From positions 37,073-101,072 of IMG/VR virus record IMGVR_UViG_3300031994_002305: DNA of 64,000 nt. One strand, given 5' to 3'. Below the pieces are notes generated by a model that saw only the letters and a program-made list of their open reading frames with translations, was not told where the DNA came from and ran no database searches. Position 1 is the stretch's first letter; every line of letters begins with the position of its first letter. This stretch comes from a virus (lineage: Duplodnaviria; Heunggongvirae; Uroviricota; Caudoviricetes). Of the stretch, positions 55,245 through 61,402 are shown piece after piece. The translations under genes were made by a program, and so were the position numbers.

Positions 55245-55343
55245 TTTATTTGTATATTGTAGTGTACAATGCAATTGCAGATGCCAAAGGATAAAGGTTG
55301 AGGAGATAGGTTACGGCTCCTTATAAAAACAAATTGCGTAGCC
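55245..55343 (+). ncRNA. Candidate structured RNA ending in an H-type pseudoknot
   Basis: TGAGGAG/CTCCTTA plus GGTTACG/CGTAGCC with an A-rich linker; upstream CTTTATT/GATAAAG domain. Confidence 0.45.
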
Positions 55344-55349
55344 ACATTT

Positions 55350-55425
55350 GGCCCTGTAGTTCAACGGAATTTAGAACAGTTGGCTTCTACCCTTCAGGTT
55401 GGGGGTTCGAATCCCTCCAGGGTCA
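55350..55425 (+). tRNA. tRNA-Arg(TCT) with two U-U mismatches in the anticodon stem
   Basis: GGCCCTG/CAGGGTC, GTTGG-CTTCTAC-CCTTC, GGGGG-TTCGAAT-CCCTC. Confidence 0.75.
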
Positions 55426-55501
55426 CAAATTATTAGCTTAATGGATTATAACTATTAATTAGTTAAATATTATTTTTAATTAAATATATATATATATATA
55501 T

Positions 55502-55590
55502 ACACGGGTAAAGCGTAATTGGATGACCGCCCTGGTCTACGAAACCAGTTTATAGAAATATAATTGTGGGTTCGACTCCCACCTCGTGTA
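55502..55590 (+). tRNA. tRNA with Arg(ACG) anticodon and a long variable arm
   Basis: ACACGGG/CTCGTGT, CTGGT-CTACGAA-ACCAG, variable arm TTATA-GAAA-TATAA, GTGGG-TTCGACT-CCCAC. Confidence 0.8.
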
Positions 55591-55603
55591 CTAATTATAT
55601 AAT

Positions 55604-56386
55604 ATGGATAACATATGTAAATGTAAATATTGTGGAAAAGAATTTGATAATAAACAAAAACTTGGTGGACATATAATACATTGTGAAAAAAATCCTAATT
55701 TTGAAAATAGTAAAAAACAATTAGAATTAGCACGAAAAAATATTAAATTTATAAATAAACATCTACATTGTCAATATTGTGGAAAAGAAATTGCTAATAA
55801 TGGATGTTTAGTAATTCATGAAAAATCATGTATAAATAATCCTAATAGAGAAAAATGTCCAAATAGAAAAGGTAATGGTGGTAAAACAAAAGGTCATAAA
55901 TGTAAATGGAAAGGAAAAAATAAATTTAATGATCCAATATTAGCAAAAATATATAAAACATGGAAACAAAAATTTGATAATGGTGAATATGAATATATAC
56001 GTAATGGTCATAAACATAATGAAGAAACAAAACAACGTTTAAGAGAAATATTTGAAGAAAAAATAAAAAATCAAATTGGAAGTTTTAAATGTTTTTATGC
56101 AAAAAGAGCATGTGAATATATTGATAAATTAAATAAAGAAAAAAATTGGAAATTACAACATGCAGAAAATGGTGGAGAAATTAATTGTTTAGGATATTGG
56201 TTAGATGGATATGATAAAGAATTAAATATTGTATTTGAATATGATGAGCCTAAACATTATAAAGATGTATTAAACAATATATTAACAGATAAAGATATAC
56301 AAAGACAAAATAATATAATTAATAAACTTAAATGCGAGTTTTGGAGATATAATGAATATATAAATTTATTATATAAAGTGAATTAA
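55604..56386 (+). CDS. Putative free-standing homing endonuclease (two C2HC Zn fingers, NUMOD3-like motif, PD-(D/E)XK/Vsr-like domain)
   Basis: CKYCGK..H..HC twice, GHKHNEETKQRL, YWLDGYD....VFEYDEPKH...D..RQ. Confidence 0.7.
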   Translation: MDNICKCKYCGKEFDNKQKLGGHIIHCEKNPNFENSKKQLELARKNIKFINKHLHCQYCGKEIANNGCLVIHEKSCINNPNREKCPNRKGNGGKTKGHKCKWKGKNKFNDPILAKIYKTWKQKFDNGEYEYIRNGHKHNEETKQRLREIFEEKIKNQIGSFKCFYAKRACEYIDKLNKEKNWKLQHAENGGEINCLGYWLDGYDKELNIVFEYDEPKHYKDVLNNILTDKDIQRQNNIINKLKCEFWRYNEYINLLYKVN

Positions 56387-56564
56387 ATACTTGGGATGTA
56401 GGCTTGGAAGCGGCCATCATCTAAGGAACTAAAAGATATGATTAAAGTAAATGGTTTAATAAACTCCGATGGCATGAATTTGGAAACGCGTCCCCTTAAT
56501 TGGAAGCTGTCGGAAACGATTTTATCAAAGAAATAACATTTGCGTAACAGCGCACCAAGTATTT
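56385..56564 (+). ncRNA. Stand-alone RNA mimicking the 23S rRNA uL11-binding domain (H43-H44, GTPase-associated centre) with a 112-nt insertion
   Basis: GGATGTAGGCTTGGAAGCGGCCATCATCTAAGGAA ... TGCGTAACAGCGCAC matches 23S nt 1055-1104 (E. coli numbering, recalled sequence), closed by the perfect stem AAATACTTGG/CCAAGTATTT. Confidence 0.8.
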
Positions 56565-56571
56565 TATTTAT

Positions 56572-56643
56572 GCCCCGGTAATTCAAAGCACAGAATCTCG
56601 GTCTTCTAAACCGATTATGAGGGTTGGATTCCCTCCTGGGGTA
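56572..56643 (+). tRNA. tRNA-Arg(TCT) with a C19-G56 elbow
   Basis: GCCCCGG/CTGGGGT, TCGGT-CTTCTAA-ACCGA, GAGGG-TTGGATT-CCCTC. Confidence 0.85.
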
Positions 56644-56647
56644 CACT

Positions 56648-56823
56648 TAAGTCATTCGGTGTTATATGTAGGTTCAAGCCCTGCCGCAATGGAGATGACG
56701 ACGAACGGGAATGTATCTCATTAGTGTTAAATCCCGTCCAAGCCTTAATAGGGAGTTGCTAATGAGTAAGGTCGGACACTGTTAAATCTGTAAGTAGTAC
56801 GTAATGCTTATATGAATGATTTA
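56648..56823 (+). ncRNA. Candidate structured RNA with a T-arm-like hairpin and a pseudoknot
   Basis: Closing stem TAAGTCATTC/GAATGATTTA; GTAGG-TTCAAGC-CCTGC; CTCATTAGTG/TGCTAATGAG; ACGGGA/TCCCGT. Confidence 0.6.
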
Positions 56824-56830
56824 TTTAAAT

Positions 56831-57012
56831 AGGGATGTAGCTCAGAACTTGGACAGAGCGCGATAAAACGAAGATCGTGGTGGAAAATGTCTTGAAGGAG
56901 AAATCCAGGAGTTAAGTTTGCGGAAGCACTGAAAAGAGGTGAAACTCAAGTAAGGAAGCGCGTTTTATGTACCACCTTAAACATAGCGTGGGTTCGAATC
57001 CCATCATCCCTA
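56831..57012 (+). ncRNA. tRNA-like RNA (182 nt) with intact acceptor, D and T arms; anticodon/variable region replaced by a ~125-nt structured domain
   Basis: AGGGATG/CATCCCT-A, GCTC..GG..GAGC, GTGGG-TTCGAAT-CCCAT; inner ATAAAACG/CGTTTTAT. Confidence 0.75.
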
Positions 57013-57016
57013 CAAT

Positions 57017-57078
57017 GTGCTCGGATGGCCGTAGTTCCAACCAGACGTGGTAGGTGGTATTAAATACCTTTGGAGCAC
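57017..57078 (+). ncRNA. Candidate small four-way-junction RNA
   Basis: GTGCTC/GAGCAC encloses three short hairpins (GG-ATGG-CC, ACCA-GACG-TGGT, GGTAT-TAA-ATACC). Confidence 0.4.
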
Positions 57079-57148
57079 TATAAAAGTAATATGGGCCTCA
57101 GAAGCGTGGTAGAACTCTCATAGCTTCATTTTAATTAAACAAATAAAT

Positions 57149-57709
57149 ATGAGTAGAGGTTATAAAGTAAACAATTTAGTTTTGGATCATAACAAGAAAT
57201 ATTCCAAGATTACATCAGTGGATCTTGAAGAGAGATATGATAGAGTGTTTGGCTTTATGGTACGAACCTCACATCAATATGCTGCTGCACGAAAAGTTCG
57301 GTGGTATGAAGAATTTATTAAACATGATTCTCCTTATGTAAAAGAAAATAAAAAAAGATTTATGGAAGATATTGAAAGATATAAGGATAATTTAGATGAA
57401 GCCATTGAAAGGAGAATTTATTTGACTCATAAAGTTTTAAAGGAAATGAGTGAAGGTGTTATCAATACAATAACACAAGGTATTTGGCTTTCATATCCAC
57501 ATACAACAGAGGTTGTTAAAATTGATGAGCATAAAGATAAATATATTATATTGACTCTTTGTACTGGAGAGAAATTTTATGCATATAAGAAATGGATTGA
57601 ATATGATACTCCACGTGGAAGATATGATTACGTTAAGCAAAGATGGATAACAAAAAAGCCAATACATAAGCAATTTTATAGCAAACTTAAAATTTTGAAA
57701 AAGTTATGA
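57149..57709 (+). CDS. Hypothetical protein within the tRNA cluster
   Basis: 186-aa ORF whose TGA stop overlaps the first bases of tRNA-Arg(CCT). Confidence 0.7.
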   Translation: MSRGYKVNNLVLDHNKKYSKITSVDLEERYDRVFGFMVRTSHQYAAARKVRWYEEFIKHDSPYVKENKKRFMEDIERYKDNLDEAIERRIYLTHKVLKEMSEGVINTITQGIWLSYPHTTEVVKIDEHKDKYIILTLCTGEKFYAYKKWIEYDTPRGRYDYVKQRWITKKPIHKQFYSKLKILKKL

Positions 57710-57780
57710 TCCTATAATTCAACTGAATAGAATAATTTCCTCCTAAGAAATAAATATGAGTTTGAGTCTCATTGGGATCA
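57708..57780 (+). tRNA. tRNA-Arg(CCT) with an A19-U56 elbow
   Basis: GATCCTA/TGGGATC, ATTTC-CTCCTAA-GAAAT, ATGAG-TTTGAGT-CTCAT. Confidence 0.8.
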
Positions 57781-57788
57781 CTTAATAT

Positions 57789-57860
57789 GCTCCTATAGTT
57801 TAGTGGCTAGAACTATTATCTCGTAAGTAATCAGCATGAGTTCGATTCTCATTGGGAGCT
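57789..57860 (+). tRNA. tRNA-Thr(CGT)
   Basis: GCTCCTA/TGGGAGC, ATTAT-CTCGTAA-GTAAT, ATGAG-TTCGATT-CTCAT. Confidence 0.85.
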
Positions 57861-57877
57861 CATTTTTTATATAATAT

Positions 57878-57912
57878 TTGAATTTTTTATATTTTATTCT
57901 ATATTATATTTG
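57878..57912 (+). promoter_or_regulatory. Conserved phage promoter with overlapping TAnnTTTG
   Basis: TTGAAT-N16-TATATTATATTTG. Confidence 0.75.
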
Positions 57913-57931
57913 TAAATTTTAAAATATAAAA

Positions 57932-58429
57932 ATGGATAAGCTTAATAAGTATTTACATTCTATTATCGCTAAGCATAATGGTGCTGTGATTTATTCTAAA
58001 AGATCAACTTATTATCATTTATGTGGCAGAATAATTCGTGTATCTGATCATATAGGAAAAACAAGTGATGGCTCAATATCAATTATTTATGATGGTGCAT
58101 GTTCAGATAATTTTATAGTTCATGCACATGCAAGTGGAATGGTAAGTATTGTTAATTATGAAAATTTAAAAAATATAATTAAATCATTTGCAATTTTACC
58201 TGCACTTATTGGAATTACTTCTCAGGCATCAAATATTAATAAACAAGTAATAAATCAAAACAAAACTAAAGAAGAAACTAAAGAAGAAACTAAAACTGTT
58301 GAGATAAATAAAAATACAATTTTTGGAATTGAAAAATCAAAATTTACAGGCAAACAAATTACTAGTTTAAATAATATGATGCAACAATTCTTAAAGGTAA
58401 ATAGAGAAAATAAAGAAAATGAAAAATAA
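57932..58429 (+). CDS. Hypothetical protein (IRVSDH motif)
   Basis: 165 aa; STYY...IIRVSDH. Confidence 0.65.
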   Translation: MDKLNKYLHSIIAKHNGAVIYSKRSTYYHLCGRIIRVSDHIGKTSDGSISIIYDGACSDNFIVHAHASGMVSIVNYENLKNIIKSFAILPALIGITSQASNINKQVINQNKTKEETKEETKTVEINKNTIFGIEKSKFTGKQITSLNNMMQQFLKVNRENKENEK

Positions 58430-58465
58430 TAATAAAGTATTTTGTAGAAAAATTTTAAATAATAT

Positions 58466-58493
58466 TTGAATTTATTAAACTAAGTACTATATT
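58466..58493 (+). promoter_or_regulatory. Conserved phage promoter
   Basis: TTGAAT-N16-TATATT. Confidence 0.7.
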
Positions 58494-58787
58494 ATTATTG
58501 TAATTATTGAAATTAAATTTTCAAATTTATAATAAAATAAAAAAATATGAAAAGGAAAAAGAAGTCATTAAATTATAAAGTTCATCCCGATTCATATATG
58601 TATTTTGGAGAGGCAATTAAAGATCGAGTTATTGGTGACGAATATTTTTCTGTAGATATTTAATATAAAAGTTATGGGACCAGATAAGTATCGTAAGTAA
58701 AAAAGTTTCCTGAAACTATAAATCAGGTGGCGGCCTCTTGGAAAAATTCCAAGTTGTAATTCAAACAAAAATATAAAATAAAGAATT

Positions 58788-59072
58788 ATGACAAAGAAAT
58801 TTTGGGCCGATTGGCAAAAACGTATTGGAGAAACAAAGAACATTTGGTTGTTTTCTGCATTTCATGGAAATGCATTTTATGGACATTATGTATTGGATTC
58901 TAATGACCGTTTGCTTAAAGCATCATTTCATGGAGATGCTGTTGATTTAATTATTGAACGACACAATGAAGTTATTGATTGGAATACACGTTCATTAAAA
59001 CAACATGTTGAAAATGAATACAAAACATTGCATCGTAACGAAATTGCATCAATTAAATTTATTAAGTATTAA
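58788..59072 (+). CDS. Hypothetical protein
   Basis: 94-aa ORF followed by a terminator. Confidence 0.7.
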   Translation: MTKKFWADWQKRIGETKNIWLFSAFHGNAFYGHYVLDSNDRLLKASFHGDAVDLIIERHNEVIDWNTRSLKQHVENEYKTLHRNEIASIKFIKY

Positions 59073-59081
59073 GATTATAAT

Positions 59082-59111
59082 GGAGATGAATACTAGTATT
59101 CATCTCTTTTT
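59082..59111 (+). terminator. Intrinsic terminator
   Basis: GGAGATGAATAC-TA-GTATTCATCTCT followed by TTTT. Confidence 0.75.
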
Positions 59112-59125
59112 AATTTTAATTATAT

Positions 59126-59160
59126 TTGAATTTTTTAAAATAGATACTATATTATATTTG
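59126..59160 (+). promoter_or_regulatory. Conserved phage promoter with overlapping TAnnTTTG
   Basis: TTGAAT-N16-TATATTATATTTG with leader TCAAACAAATATG. Confidence 0.75.
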
Positions 59161-59178
59161 TAATAAAATCAAACAAAT

Positions 59179-59762
59179 ATGGAAATAAAAATACTAACAA
59201 CCCGCGAAGTTAACTGTTCTGAACTGACTGCTGAAATGTTTGCATCAATGATGATTGATGACATGAAGAAAGCTAAAGAAGTTTATGATAGTATTTGGTA
59301 TCCTATTGAATTAGATGCTTATAATAAACGAATTGAATCCATTAAGGTTGCTAATGAGAATCATGCTCGTGTTTACGCTGAAAAAAATGGAAAACCGAAA
59401 AGAAGCGTAACGAATATGTTGAGAAGGTAGTTTCTAGTTATGTACCTTATGAATTTAAGTATTGGACAATTACATTTTTTGATTTTGATGTAGAACCATG
59501 GAGTAATGGAATTTCTAGTAATTGTATTCTTTCATATGATAAAATGACTGAGGATACAATGATTAAATGTTTTAATACTATTAAAGATAATAAATATTTT
59601 AAGGTTGCCAAAGGTTGGATTCTTGAAGATCATCATCATAGTCGTCCACAGATTAAACTTATTCTTGATGAATCTATGGAAGCAGAATTCAAAAATGATG
59701 AAGAAAATCTTGGAAATGCAATTGCGGAATTTTATAAGGGAACAAATTATTGGGGAGATTAA
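59179..59762 (+). pseudogene. Single gene split by a 1-nt frameshift in an A7 run (59381-59387)
   Basis: Adding one A joins ...HARVYAEK to the open frame KWKTEKKRNEYVEKVVSSY...YDKMTEDT..., which continues into ORF 59544-59762. Confidence 0.65.
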
Positions 59763-59764
59763 TT

Positions 59765-60930
59765 ATGAAAGCAAAATGGCTATATAGACTTGAATCAACA
59801 GATCCAAATAATGGACTGTGGTATGATTCTAAAGGTAAATATTGTTTTGGTATAGGAGATATTGAACAATGTAAAACAAAGGATCTTCCAATGGGATATG
59901 ATGAAAGATATCATGTTAACGGACTTAATTGGTTTTCTTCATGTTCAAATAAAGAAGATCTAATGCATTGGTATAGTTTAGAAGATGCATTGGAACTAAT
60001 TTCAAAAGGATTTGTTTTTACAAGATATCTTGCTAAAGATTATATTGAATATGAATTGGAAACTGTATTTTTGAAAGAAACTGCATTAAAGAGAGAAATA
60101 ATTGATATTAAAACTTTATTTAAATAATATGAAAAATTTTTTATTTATACTTTTAATTTGTATTTGTTTTGTTTCATGTACAGAACAGGAACGTGCTAGA
60201 GCATTTGGTGGAACTACAAAGATTGAACTTGAAGCTGGTGAGAAACTTGTTGAGTGTACATGGAAGGATTCACAAATTTGGTATCTTGTTGAACCAATGG
60301 ATTCCGATTATGTTCCAAAGACAAAAATATTTAAAGAAAGTGATCCATGGGGATTAGCTGAAGGTAAAGTAATTTTTATTGAAAAGAAATAATTATGGAA
60401 AAAGAGTTTTATCGTTCAAATCCATTCATTAAGGGTTATATTTCTGATGAGGATCGTAAGAAGCAGTTAAAGTATACTTCTGGAAATTATGAATTTTATT
60501 CAGAAACTATTGATTTGTATAATGGTCTTGTTGTAACATTTAAAAAGGATGATTTTCACACTGACCCATGTATTTCTGATTATTCTCATGCATTAGCAGA
60601 TTTTATGATGTGGTGGGAACGCGATATTCGTCAGTATCTTAATGGATTCTGTGGATTTGACTGCATTAATTTTAAATTTTTGGGGTTTGGATGTATTAAA
60701 CTTGATTAAGTCATAAAGTCATATTTATTGAAAGAGATAATATGAAACGTATAACAGAATATGATAATTTATACATCATTAAGAATAAAACAACAAATAA
60801 AATTGTTTTGATGTATTGGGCATCCTCTCAAAAACATAAAGCATTATTTTCAAGTTTTGATAAAGCTTCAGATGCTTTAAAGAATATTAAAGATGATTCA
60901 AATGACGAATATGAAATTATAATGATTTAA
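59765..60930 (+). other. Hypothetical CDSs, including a probable lipoprotein (start ~60129, LICICFVSC)
   Basis: ORF track; lipobox-like VSC. Confidence 0.6.
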
Positions 60931-60964
60931 TTTTTAAAGATATTTAAATTAAAAGACGATATAT

Positions 60965-61402
60965 ATGAATATTAGAAAGGCATTTGATACGGCATTTGAT
61001 AGAATGACTGCTAAAAATTGGGATCATATTTATATCTTGGTAGATGCGCATGGTACAATATTTAAGCCATCATATCATAATAAGGAAAATTTTGAATTTT
61101 ATCATTGTGCCAAGGAAGCTCTTGAAATGATGAGTAATTTTCCTGATATTAAACTTATTCTTTGGACTAGTTCAACTCCAGAAATGATAGAAAAGTTTCA
61201 GGATATTTTTAGAAAAAATAATATTATATTTGATTTTGTAAATTGTAATGATGATGTAAAAGCATTACCTACAGATCCAAAATCTTCAGATTTTTCAAAT
61301 AAATATTATTTCAATATTGGATTGGATGATAAGTTTGGTTTTGAACCCGAAACAGACTGGGAAGATATAATTGAATATTTTTATTTTAAGTTTAGACCAT
61401 GA
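60965..61402 (+). CDS. HAD-superfamily hydrolase-like protein (variant DxH motif I)
   Basis: ILVDAHGTIF, LILWTSS, FDFVN, IGLDDKFGF. Confidence 0.65.
   Translation: MNIRKAFDTAFDRMTAKNWDHIYILVDAHGTIFKPSYHNKENFEFYHCAKEALEMMSNFPDIKLILWTSSTPEMIEKFQDIFRKNNIIFDFVNCNDDVKALPTDPKSSDFSNKYYFNIGLDDKFGFEPETDWEDIIEYFYFKFRP

Noticed and set aside
55350-55425. Amber suppressor tRNA (CTA read in a shifted register)
   Set aside because: The shifted anticodon stem pairs worse; the canonical 7-nt loop CTTCTAC gives anticodon TCT.
55484-55502. (AT)n microsatellite before a tRNA
   Set aside because: Short low-complexity tract in a very AT-rich genome with no evident function.
56385-56564. Genuine rRNA gene or host rRNA contamination
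   Set aside because: Only about 55 nt are rRNA-like, split by a 112-nt insertion, with compensatory changes and seamless phage flanks.
56383-56646. 87-aa minus-strand ORF in the track
   Set aside because: It is the antisense of a tRNA and the rRNA-mimic RNA (PRRESNP is a typical antisense-tRNA translation).
56831-57012. tmRNA
   Set aside because: It has a complete D stem, lacks the G3-U70 alanine determinant, is only 182 nt, and no convincing tag ORF was seen.
57932-58429. Polyvalent-protein (LPD-type) nuclease assignment from the IRVSDH motif
   Set aside because: A single short motif is insufficient without a profile search.
2857-60357. Numerous short ORFs antisense to, or nested out of frame in, real genes (e.g. 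2857, 4904, 9731, 12625, 18221, 34801, 40333, 42465)
   Set aside because: Shadow ORFs expected from AT-rich codon bias; no leaders or motifs.
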